Positions 42,061 to 52,856 of a DNA stretch of 64,000 bases are shown here, piece by piece. Source of the stretch: Eledone cirrhosa. Taxonomy: Eukaryota. The notes beneath the pieces were generated by a model, which saw only the letters and a list, made by a program, of their open reading frames with translations, did no database searches and was not told the DNA's origin. The DNA is taken from contig OZ024742.1 in the NCBI GenBank assembly GCA_964016885.1, positions 95,046,001-95,110,000 on the forward strand. Reading direction: 5' to 3'. Made by a program: the position numbers and the translations under genes. Positions within the stretch are counted from its first letter, which is position 1, and the number at the start of each line of letters is the position of its first letter.

Positions 42061-42380
42061 ATCATCATTATTTTACGTCCGCTTTTCCCTGCTTGCAAGG
42101 GTGGGACGGGAACTGATTCTGACTTGATTTCTACAGCTGGATGCCCTTCCTAACACCAACCTTATTTTACAGTGAGTGCTGGGTGCTTTTTTGCCATGGC
42201 ACCTCCACGACCACTTTGCAGTGTAATGATAGGGACAACAGTCCTATCATCTCATTTCTACAGCTGAGTAAACTGGAGCAATGTGAAATAAAGTGCCTTG
42301 CTCAAGGAAACAACACATCACCTGGTCTGAGAATTGAATTCACAACCTTTCGATTGCAAGGCTCTAACCACTAAGCCATA
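42061..42380 (-). mobile_element. Near full-length SINE family A (tRNA head + core + RTE tail)
   Basis: Sense strand: A box TGGCTTAGTGG, B-box-like GAATTCAATTC, core and tail as at 1-276. Confidence 0.9.
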
Positions 42381-42765
42381 TAGGAAAAGAGTCAGGAGCC
42401 CAACGGCTGAGCTCCGGCTGTTTCAACAGCTAGATCCAAACACTATTACCCACTTTACTACCCTAAGTATTGAGTACTCTGGTGAATTATGGTCCACCTG
42501 GTGTCTTATCACACCCTCTTTGTATATATATATATATAGAGAGAGAGAGAGGGAGAGAGAGGAAAAAATATGACCCCCGACGGCAGAGCTCAAGACGTTT
42601 CGACGGCTATTTCTGGACTATTTCTGAGTCCAGAAATAGCCGTCGAAATGGTTTGAGCTCTGCCGTCGGGGTCATATTTTTTCCTATTTCCTACTCTACT
42701 ACCCTAAGTATTGAGAATTCTGGTGCGTTATGGTCCATCTGGTTCCTTACCACAATTCCTTTGTT
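42381..42765. repeat. Two related units of a TA-embedded hairpin-plus-tail element; unit 2 has a ~60-bp-arm hairpin (42560-42685)
   Basis: Shared tail ACTACCCTAAGTATTGAG..TCTGGTG..TTATGGTCCA.CTGGT at ~42455-42520 and ~42695-42765; the hairpin arms are near-perfect reverse complements. Confidence 0.8.
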
Positions 42766-42773
42766 ATATATAT

Positions 42774-43343
42774 ATCATCATCATCATCATCATCAACGTT
42801 TAACGTCCGTGTTCCACGCTTGCATGGGTTTGGACGGGGGTTTTCCCACTTGAGGCAAGAGTGATTATCTTGCTCGCATAGGACTATCTGGCAGGTTTTC
42901 TACAGCTGGATTGCCCTTCCTAACACCAACCACATTTACAGTGTGGGGCTGGGAGGTTTTTACCGTGTTGCCTACACGGCCACATTACAGCGTGGACTGT
43001 CTGGCGGGTTTTCTACAGCTGGATGCCCTTCCTAACACCAACCATATTTACAGTGTGGGGCTGGGAGGTTTTTACCGTGTTGCCTACACGGCCACATTAC
43101 AGCGTGAACTGTGTGTTTTTTTGACGTGACACTACACGATCTCATTTGTTTCGGCCTGGATGTTGTGGCACCAACATAACTTTACATTGAAAGGGGCGGT
43201 GTGGATGGGGTGGTGGTGGTGGGACGAGGGTGTATTTTGTTAGAGATGCCTACTGACTGTAGTAGGTTTTACTTTGTATTTAGGTAAGGCGGGTCTACTC
43301 TATTACTGAGTACCGCCAAAGGTCTCAATCCAGTGACATTGTC
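42774..43343 (-). mobile_element. 5'-truncated RTE 3' end with an internal 112-bp tandem duplication
   Basis: Reverse-complement homologue of 45062-45526; units 42881-42993 and 42994-43105; flanked by (TA)n. Confidence 0.92.
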
Positions 43344-43510
43344 ACATATATATATATACAGCCAATTTTCCACACAATACAATTAGTTAGCACCCCGAAT
43401 GTTTAATTAGGAATATACTCACTTATTTCCTAATGTTTATTGAGTGAGTTGGGATTTGGCTGGAGTATCGCTATTAGCTTTCTCCGATAATGTATTTATA
43501 TATATATATA

Positions 43511-45522
43511 GACGGGTAAGGCGGCTGGGCCTTCGGAAATAGTTGCTGAGATGCTGAAGGCATCTGGCACGGTGGGACACACCATGGTCACCCGCATAGT
43601 TAACCAAGTCGTACAGAATGGGGTTGTTCCGAAGGACTGGCATAGCAGCATCATCGTTAACTGTTATAAGGGTAAAGGAGACGCCCTAGATAGGAGTAAA
43701 TATAGAGGCATTAAATTAATCGACCAGGTCATGAAGGTCACGGAAAAAGTAATAGCGCAACTAATCAGAGAGAGAATTGACCTAGATGAAATGCAGTTCG
43801 CGTTTGTGTCAGGCAAAAGTACCACAGACGCTCTTTTCATAGTACGACAACTACAGGAGAAGTACCTAGCTAAAGGTAAACCCCTCTACTTAGCTTTTGT
43901 CGACTTGGAGAAAGCCTTCGACAGAGTCCCCCGCTCCATTATCTGGTGGGCTCTTAGAAAACTAGGCGTTGACGAATGGCTTGTGAGGGCTATACAAGCC
44001 ATGTATAAAGAAACAGTCAGCAAGGTTAGAATTAACAACGAATATAGTGAACAGTTTAGCGTAAAAGTTGGCGTCCATCAGGGCTCTGTTCTCAGCCCAC
44101 TACTATTTATTATTGCCCTTCAGGCTATAACAGAGGAGTTCAAGACAGGCTTCCCATGGGAACTCCTATACGCAGACGACCTGACACTCATAGCGGAATC
44201 AATGGCCGAGCTAGAGAAGAAATTCCAAACATGGAAGCACGGCCTAGAGTCAAAAGGACTTAAAATTAACCTGGCTAAGACCAAAGTACTAGTTTGTAGG
44301 AAAGAAAACAAGGCGGCGGTCCCTTCTGGGAAATGGTCGTGCTCGGTGTGTAGGAAAGGCGTAGGTAGAAACTCCATTTTATGTCCTAAATGCAAAGTAT
44401 GGGTGCATAAAAGATGTAGTGGGATCACAGGTAAGCTAACTAAGAACATAGATTTTACATGTGGCCGGTGCTCTGGTGCAATAAGTAGCAGCAAGTGCCC
44501 ACAAAATACTAGCTCTTTCAATTGCGCAGAGGGTTCTATAGAAATAGTGGACAGCTTCCGTTACCTGGGCGATAAAATCAGCAGTAGGGGAGGGTGCTCT
44601 GAAAGTACTGTAGCTAGAGTCAGAACTGGTTGGAAAAAGTTCAGAGAGCTTATACCACTATTAGCTGCTAAAGGGTTCTCCCTAAAAATGAAAGGCAGGT
44701 TGTACGATGCCTGCATACGAACAGCAATGCTGCATGGCAGTGAGACCTGGGCATTGTGTGCAGAGGATATACGCAGACTAGAGAGGAACGAAGCTTGCAT
44801 GCTCCGCTGGATGTGTAACAGTAATATACGTGAACGGCAAAGCATAAACGAACTAAGGAAAAAATTAGAGATAAGAGGGATCAGATGTTGTTTACTCGAG
44901 AGAAGGCTACGTTGGTATGGACACGTGATGCGCATGAAAGTCGATAGCTGTATAACAAAGTGCAGGGCAATAAAGATAGACGGTAGTCACGGAATAGGCA
45001 GACCTAGAAAAACCTGGGACGAGCTGATAAATTCCAACATCACACACTTACACCTCTCCAAGACAATGTCACTGGACCGAGACCTTTGGCGGTACTCAGT
45101 AACAGAGAAGACCCGCCTTACCTAAATATATATAGTAAAACCTACTCCAGCCAGTAGGCATCTCTAACAAAATACACCCCGTCCCACCACCACCACCCCC
45201 ACCCCATCCACACCACCCCGTTCTATGTAAAGTTATGTTGGTTCCGCGCCATCGAGGCCGAAACATATGAGATCGTGTAGGTGTCACGACAAAAAAACAC
45301 ACAGTCCACGCTGTAATGTGGCCATGTAGGCAACACGGTAAAAACCTCCCAGACCCACACTGTAAATGTGGTTGGTGTTAGGAAGGGCATCCAACTGTAG
45401 AAAACCTGCCAGACAGTCCTATGCGAGCAAGACAATCACTCTTGCCTCAAGTGGGACTACCCCCGTCCAAACCCATGCAAGCGTGGAACACGGACGTTAA
45501 ACGTTGATGATGATGATGATGA

Positions 45523-45526
<4 letters not shown>
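43511..45526 (+). mobile_element. Young 5'-truncated RTE-clade LINE inserted in (TA)n
   Basis: Uninterrupted RT ORF, ~400-bp 3' UTR, (GAT)n tail, (TA)n on both sides. Confidence 0.95.
43551..45125 (+). CDS. RTE LINE ORF2 (RT with inserted PHD-type finger plus C-terminal region); N-terminally truncated, no endonuclease
   Basis: YRGIKL, FVDLEKAFDRVPR, GVHQGSVLSPLLF, LLYADD, FRYLG, RLRWYGHVMR, GRPRKTW. The frame extends upstream to the truncation (TGKAAGPSEIVAEM), so the Met is internal. Confidence 0.93.
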   Translation: MLKASGTVGHTMVTRIVNQVVQNGVVPKDWHSSIIVNCYKGKGDALDRSKYRGIKLIDQVMKVTEKVIAQLIRERIDLDEMQFAFVSGKSTTDALFIVRQLQEKYLAKGKPLYLAFVDLEKAFDRVPRSIIWWALRKLGVDEWLVRAIQAMYKETVSKVRINNEYSEQFSVKVGVHQGSVLSPLLFIIALQAITEEFKTGFPWELLYADDLTLIAESMAELEKKFQTWKHGLESKGLKINLAKTKVLVCRKENKAAVPSGKWSCSVCRKGVGRNSILCPKCKVWVHKRCSGITGKLTKNIDFTCGRCSGAISSSKCPQNTSSFNCAEGSIEIVDSFRYLGDKISSRGGCSESTVARVRTGWKKFRELIPLLAAKGFSLKMKGRLYDACIRTAMLHGSETWALCAEDIRRLERNEACMLRWMCNSNIRERQSINELRKKLEIRGIRCCLLERRLRWYGHVMRMKVDSCITKCRAIKIDGSHGIGRPRKTWDELINSNITHLHLSKTMSLDRDLWRYSVTEKTRLT

Positions 45527-45559
<33 letters not shown>

Positions 45560-46092
45560 TATGTGTGTGTGTGTGTGTGTGTGTATGTGTGTGTTTGTAT
45601 GTGTGTTTGTGTGAATGTCCAATTTTGTATGTCACTTTACTTCTTTTTTATTATAGTTTTTATATTCTTTAACATTTTTCAATAATAAAGAAGCTAGATT
45701 TTAAGACAAGTTTCCTCCTCATAAAATGTAATCAACAACCATGTAGCAATATACTCTATCTGACCTTTAGAAAAAATTACAGAATTTTTACAGTAACATT
45801 TACATGCGGAATTTTTTCTTTGTCCATATTATGAAAATTGAGCTTTTGCATATTCCAGTAAACATGCTTGTGTATTTATTATATGTACACCGCAGGCATG
45901 GTTCTATGGTTAAGAGGTCTGCTCTACAGCTATGTGGTTTGGGGTTTGGCTAATTCCACTGTGCAACACTAAAAGCAAGTCCATATACCATAGCCTCAAC
46001 AACAAGCATCCCTCCTCTAAGGATGTATTTGTAAAATATTTCCCTATTTTGTTATGATCTTTCATTAAAAGTTAGGAAAGGACATAGTAATT

Positions 46093-46321
46093 CATCATCA
46101 TCATCACCGTCTGACATCCATTCTTCCACGCTGGCATAGGTTAGACGGGTTGTCCTATTGTGTACAATGCCAGGTTGGGTGACCATGTCTTGCTCATACG
46201 GGAACTAATTTTGGATGCCCTTCCAGCTGTATAAATCAAGCCAAAATCATTTCCCGCGTGAGCAAGACATGGTCACCCAACCTGGCATTGCACACAACAG
46301 GAAAACCCATCTAACCCATGC
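46093..46321. mobile_element. Two RTE 3' tails fused head-to-head (81-bp inverted repeat)
   Basis: Arms 46134-46214 and 46241-46321, 9 mismatches, 26-nt spacer; (CAT)n at the left end. Confidence 0.85.
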
Positions 46322-46369
46322 AGATGACAGGATTTTGAGCAGACCTTGGTGTTAGATCTTAGATCATGA

Positions 46370-46700
46370 TGATTGACCAGATGAGATTTTTTAAAGTTCT
46401 TTGAACCTTTATAGATGACAGTTCTCCATTTTCCATTGTCAACAGCTAGGGCTTCAAAAGAAATAACAGCTGTGTTCACAGATTTAATATTGTACTTCAG
46501 TTTGTCTTTATATCTGAGTAATAATCTGTCTATACTAAGCACTCAATTATGAAATTGACTGTATAACAGTACCTTGGCTGTGTGGCTCTCAGTCATTCTA
46601 GGACATGACCAGTTGATCTGATTTGGGATTGCCTCATAAATGACTCAATCCCACAGAAGTTGAACATGGTGAAGAGATCAGCATTGGAAACTGTCCGAAA
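46370..46700 (-). pseudogene. Decayed BovB-like RTE C-terminal fragment
   Basis: SQIRSTGHV..RMTESHTAKVLLYSQ..RLLLRYKDKLK..FEALAVDNGKWR. Confidence 0.7.
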
Positions 46701-48409
46701 GTGCATAAGCACAAATAGAGGAGGTAGCTGTTAATCATAGAACCCAAATCTGAGTTGTTTTTGAAAGTTCAAATACTTTTTGTAAACCAAAGAAGATTCC
46801 ACGATAACCAACGACACACTGAAATGAAAGTGAAGATAAATGAGACACTCACTCCTCTGAGACTCTTGTGCAACATATACCAGCAGCTATCCCATATGTA
46901 ACTGGAACTGTCCAGCCAAATCTATCATAGGCAGCATAACAACAATATTAATCAATTCTAGAAACAACCGATGCTGAGCTACTGAACCTGTATGTTCCTA
47001 CAATATGTCCCTAAAACCTACCAAGTATTCAGATAGGTTGTCAGCCCACTATTCACATATATATGATCCCGTCCTTTAAAGATTACATTTCATTGTGTGT
47101 GTATGAAATGGTTTTTATGTGTAAATATATGCATTTGTAAAAAAAGTGCATCAAGTTGTGTTACTTTATGCTGAAATGCAACTTAAATATATAGATGAAT
47201 AAAATATATACCATACTGAAATAAATACTTAGTTATGATCGATTAGAAAATCTTGCATGGCAACAATCTAATGACAGACGTCAGTACAATGAGTGTTTTC
47301 TGGTCATTGTCATTAATAAAGCAGGTAATAGCCTATAAACTCAATACTTCATACCCATTGTGGGATTCTTTTTTAAGCAAAATTTAGAGTTGGCTGTCCG
47401 TCCTGGTTCCAACCCTCTTAGTCACCTCTTACAACATACAAACATATAGTGTGCCTTTTCTAAACTGATAAAATTAATAAAACTGGTGAGTTTAAGCAAT
47501 GTAATATAAATTGCGGAGTAAAATGTTTAATGCTTTGTTTTTGTTATTGAATAAAATGTATAAGATGAAGGAGTTGTTTGTAGGTTAACATTTATATTGT
47601 CATTTATTCTGTCGAAGAGCAAGATCCTGAAACATTGTCACAAAAATAAATGCCTTTTACAGAACTTTATTTTCTCAGAAGTTTAAAACAGGTGGAGTCT
47701 GTAAGACATTCTTGAAACATTTTTTAAAGTTCCTCGAAGTTCTGTAAATATGCTATGAGCATTTTAATTTCTTCTTCCTACTTAATATTTTTGGGGAAAA
47801 ATGCTTTAAGAATATTAGTTGGAATTCCTATGAAATACATTACCTATTACTCAAAGTTACTTGAAGTTCTAGATATATGCTATGACCTTGCTATCCTAAA
47901 TTTTGTGTCAAAAACTCTCTATAACTTAATGTTGTTCAGTTATTTCATAGGAGGACATAACATTATTAATAAACAAGCTTCTCTTTTTCTTGTAACTGGG
48001 AATTGAACTTGAAATTCTCTATTGTATTTTGAATATGATCATGCTGTAGTAAATCTGTTTGGTACCAAGTTACCCAGAACTTCTTCTGTATTTATGTTAC
48101 AAGGCTGAACATTTAAAAGTGATTATATTCATCTAAAATCCTTTCATCACAGTTTTATATAAGAATCTCTATTAAATTATATTCGAAACACACGTTTAAT
48201 AATCAGTCTGAATCCCTTCAAATTCTTTATTATTTCCAAAGTCATTTGAAAATCATAAACTGTATTTTATTAAAAACTAGCAGAGAAGCCTGTCGTTGCA
48301 GGAAATCTTCACCATAGAATGCTTTTCTTTCAATTTTTATTTTATTCCATGTCAGACCATGTCTCTCCCATGCCTCGTCTCCCATTACATATTTCCCATG
48401 GCCCGTCTG

Positions 48410-48520
48410 GAAAGTGGACTGGAGCAATGTAAAATAAAGTGTCTTGCTCAAGGACATAACACACATCTAGGAATTGAACTCACAACCTTATGATCGGGAG
48501 ATGAATACCCTACCAACTGC
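48410..48520 (-). mobile_element. SINE family A-like head and core
   Basis: Reverse complement of GAGTTCAATTCC..GTGTTATGTCCTTGAGCAAGACACTTTATTTTACATTGCTCCAGTCCAC. Confidence 0.75.
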
Positions 48521-49623
48521 TGGGTGGAAAAGTCATACACACATTAACAACATGAAATTGAAAGACAGATAGAAGAAAAAAGCATTTCGACAGCCGATGA
48601 AAAAAACGATGCATCAGTGAGGTCTATTCACTAATCTGACTGGCTATCTGTCACCTTTTCACTCGGCCCATTAGCGGTTATTTTTGTTAATAGGAATGAC
48701 AAAATCTCATGTTTAGTTGTTTGTTTTTATTTTTTATGGAATTAAGAGACCCAATGTGCCCCCAAACATTCTCCTTGGGATGCAGATTTCGAAAATCAAA
48801 TCTGATTTTCTGTAAGACACACTGTTTCAGAGCCTTTTAGTTGCATACACACAAACATACACATATACTCTCTGAATATATAATAGGTATGGTAATGGAA
48901 GGATTAATGTAAATACCAAACAGATTTTCCCTTTGGATTCTCAAGATATATGTTCCTCTTGATTTTTTATTTTCCTTTTCTTCCTCTCTTCTTCAACCTA
49001 CAATATAGTTGCCACTTTCTCCATTCCACAAGTAACTTATATATTTGTAAACCTTATGTTTCCATTTTTGCTTTCATATTTCGTTTCTATTACTATATGC
49101 TTTCTCTCTCATGCTATAATTTTATCAATAGTTTTATGTTGAATTGCTAAGTTACAGGACATAATCACAAACGTGGTCTCTCTCTCTCTCTCACACACAT
49201 ACACACACTCACATCCACTCTCTCTCTCTCTCTCTTACTCTTTCTCTGGTCTTCTTCAGTTCTCACTTATGAAATGTTACTCCCAAAACATTGCTCAAAC
49301 CAAGGCTATAGAAAAACTCCTGTCTCAGAGGGAGGCAACCTGAAATCACAAGAGTGGAGTGAACTCCTTAACCACATAGTCATACTTATGTATATAAATA
49401 TGTATTATAAGTTCAATCACATATTCATGTCTGTATTTTCATATAAATACAGATGTACACACACACATACACACAAAGATATACACACAAGTATACACAA
49501 TATGTTCTGAGAAATATCTATTTAACTATAAATGGATATATGTTATCACGGGGAGATGTCGGTGTTGTACTGCAGACAATATGGTGCTTTCTTTACCTGC
49601 AAATATCAAATTGATTGATTACT

Positions 49624-49626
<3 letters not shown>

Positions 49627-49687
<61 letters not shown>

Positions 49688-49815
49688 TATATTATATATA
49701 TATATATACACTTATATACATATATATATGTATATATATATATATATATATACATACACTTATATATATATATACATACACTTATATATATGTATATATT
49801 TATATATATATACAT

Positions 49816-49862
<47 letters not shown>

Positions 49863-49868
49863 CATACA

Positions 49869-49908
<40 letters not shown>

Positions 49909-49981
49909 CATACACTTATATATATATATATATACATACACTTATATATATATATACACACTTATATATATATATATATAT
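49627..49981. repeat. Long (TA)n array punctuated by CATACACT units
   Basis: Visible; higher-order repetition of TACATACACTTATATATA. Confidence 0.95.
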
Positions 49982-50582
49982 GTTTGTGTATGTGCATCAT
50001 GCAAGGCAATCAATCAAAGAAATTTGAAGCAATTCTTTAGACAAATATTTTCTTTGTTCCTTGCTTTAGAATATTGCTGTTGCTGCAGTTGGTTTATGTT
50101 TCTATGTAACATCACCTTTACTTGCTTTTGTGGCCTTCTTTATCTATGTGTTGTAGTTGTGTAGCTCTAATAAGAACTTAACTTGGAGGTTGATTGTATA
50201 AATGTAACCTACTAAGACAAGTGGTGTTAACTCTTAAATTAACATTCTAAAACATAATAAATATTCCTTAAGCTGGGTGAGATTGAAATAGGGGAACCCT
50301 TGTTTGACCCAATAAAAACACTGTGTATGGTCAGTAAAATGGTTGATAATTTGAAGTGTATCTAGTCATAGAAAACTTGCCAAACAAAGGCTCAGGAAAC
50401 TCTTCACCTGTGTTAAAGATTGGACAATCTCACTGATCCTGATGATATGATAAAATGCACTTCATCAGAGAGGTAAGTGGCACAGTTTGAGTACTGGCTC
50501 AGTCTGTAAAGACATGTCCAATGCTTATTAACAGGGAAAATAAATGTTAAATAATGATGATGTGTATGTATATATATATATG

Positions 50583-50644
<62 letters not shown>

Positions 50645-50905
50645 AAACGACCAATTACATCAATTGTCAAGTCAAGAGTACTTAAACTATACGGTCATAT
50701 AAAAACATCAACTTGTGGTGTGAGTAGGTTATGCCTGGAAGGAAAGTTGGCTGGTAAGAGAAGCAGAGGCCAGCAGCCAAAACGATGGCTTGACAATGTC
50801 AACTTATGGACTGAACTTGATCTTTGCTCTTTGAACTCTGCTGTTGGTGATCAAACTTTGTGGAGAGAGATATCATATGTTAATGAGCAGTCTGCAACTG
50901 GTTGA
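50645..50905 (+). pseudogene. RTE C-terminal fragment (different subfamily)
   Basis: LKLYGHIK..LEGKLAGKRSRGQQPKRWLDNV..DQTLWR. Confidence 0.75.
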
Positions 50906-52068
50906 GTTTAGCATCACAAGAGATATGTATATATATATATATCATCATCATCATCACTGTTTAACGTCCATTTTTCATGATAGCATGGGTTAGATGGGTC
51001 GTCCACATCATGAGACAAGTCTGGCCCGATTGGATACACCGTACCTTGCACAGATGGAACTAAATACATCAGATTTCTTCCAAAGAAGGATTGAGATTGA
51101 GAGAGAGAAAGTGAAAAAGGAATATAGAGGAAGAGTCAACCCCAATACTAGACTGGTACTTTTTTTTATAGACCTCAAAAAGATGAAGGGCAAAGTTGAC
51201 CTCAATGGTATTTGAATTCAATGTGCAGAGAGCTGGAACACATACAACAACGCACTCTATCCAACGTTCTAACAACTCTGCCAATTACTTATTGATATAC
51301 TTCTACTTAGGACTGTTATAGCTCACCTTCTATCTGGTGCTGTTTTACTTATGTACCCCTCTATCAATATTTCTCAATATACACTTGGCTATGTGATGAT
51401 GTTTTTTTTATAGATATGATAATCTTAGGCTCTTTTTTATGCTTGAGTGAATTTTAGCTATATTTCCATGAATCCTTTAATCTTTATTACATATAGATTT
51501 ATATATACATTGTATATATTTTCTTTTTATTAGATTTAATCATAATAGATGTTTACAGCCTTCTGAATCTTCTTCTTCCTTAGATATACATATTTTTGGT
51601 AACCTCTTGTGATTTAACACTAGCTCTTGGTTATCTATACTTAGGCTCAGCTATCTTTATTTACTCACTCTATTGTAAATTATAGTTATTTATACTTTTT
51701 GCTTATATATTTTTTCATAAGTACCTATATAGAAGTGTATACATATATGTGTGTGTGCTTATAAAGCAAAATGTATGTATATATACATATATATATGCAC
51801 ACACATATATAAGGCGGCCAACGTTTTGGTATTTGTTTATATATTTTTGCTTTTCCTTTTCGATTGTAAAGTTTTCTAGAATTATCATATACAAATCAGT
51901 TTCTTACAATAAATATTTATATGTTATCTCCCATTTGCTTTGAAAAAATAATAGTGATTACCATATGCCTTACACTGTCTGTTTCAAAAATAAGTGAGCG
52001 TTATTACTTATTACATTGAGCTTTTTAATTTTACTTTTATTCAAGTGACTCTTTTATCATTAACTTCA

Positions 52069-52166
52069 TTATTCTTGATGAGTCAATGACAGTAATTAAT
52101 TAGTTGATATTATCGATTACGGATTGTTTCTCATCATTGACAAAATGCATGTGGAATAAAAATAAA
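52069..52166 (+). ncRNA. Decayed type I hammerhead ribozyme (Penelope pLTR-like) followed by AATAAA
   Basis: Stem I TTATTC/GAATAA; core tTGATGA; stem II GTCAATGA/TCATTGAC; aAAA; short stem III TGCATG; triplet GTG. The core substitutions imply it is inactive. Confidence 0.55.
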
Positions 52167-52218
52167 GATGTGATCAATTTCTATAAGTCTATGGCTTTCC
52201 TTTAAAGAACAGACAATG

Positions 52219-52856
<638 letters not shown>

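Noticed and set aside
42300-42380. tRNA genes suggested by A/B boxes
   Set aside because: The boxes belong to SINE heads continuous with SINE cores; no cloverleaf.
44120-44935. Antisense ORFs over the RTE RT (also 62806-63951, 29053-29373, 3396-3629, 6686-7102)
   Set aside because: Shadows of retroelement coding sequence on the opposite strand; no independent motifs.
42774-45526. DIRS-like or TIR-bounded retroelement, or a bacterial retron/DGR/group II intron system
   Set aside because: The inverted arms are ordinary RTE 3' ends with (GAT)n tails and are diverged from each other. The RT has non-LTR RTE motifs, with no recombinase, RNase H or template/variable repeat pair, and the context is eukaryotic.
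48730-48890. Possible Helitron/Helentron-like terminus before a CA tract
   Set aside because: Only a vague resemblance; no clear subterminal hairpin, terminal motif or second copy in the window.
49615-50164. YI/VC/HT-repeat ORFs here and throughout the track
   Set aside because: Dinucleotide microsatellites lack stop codons; artefacts.
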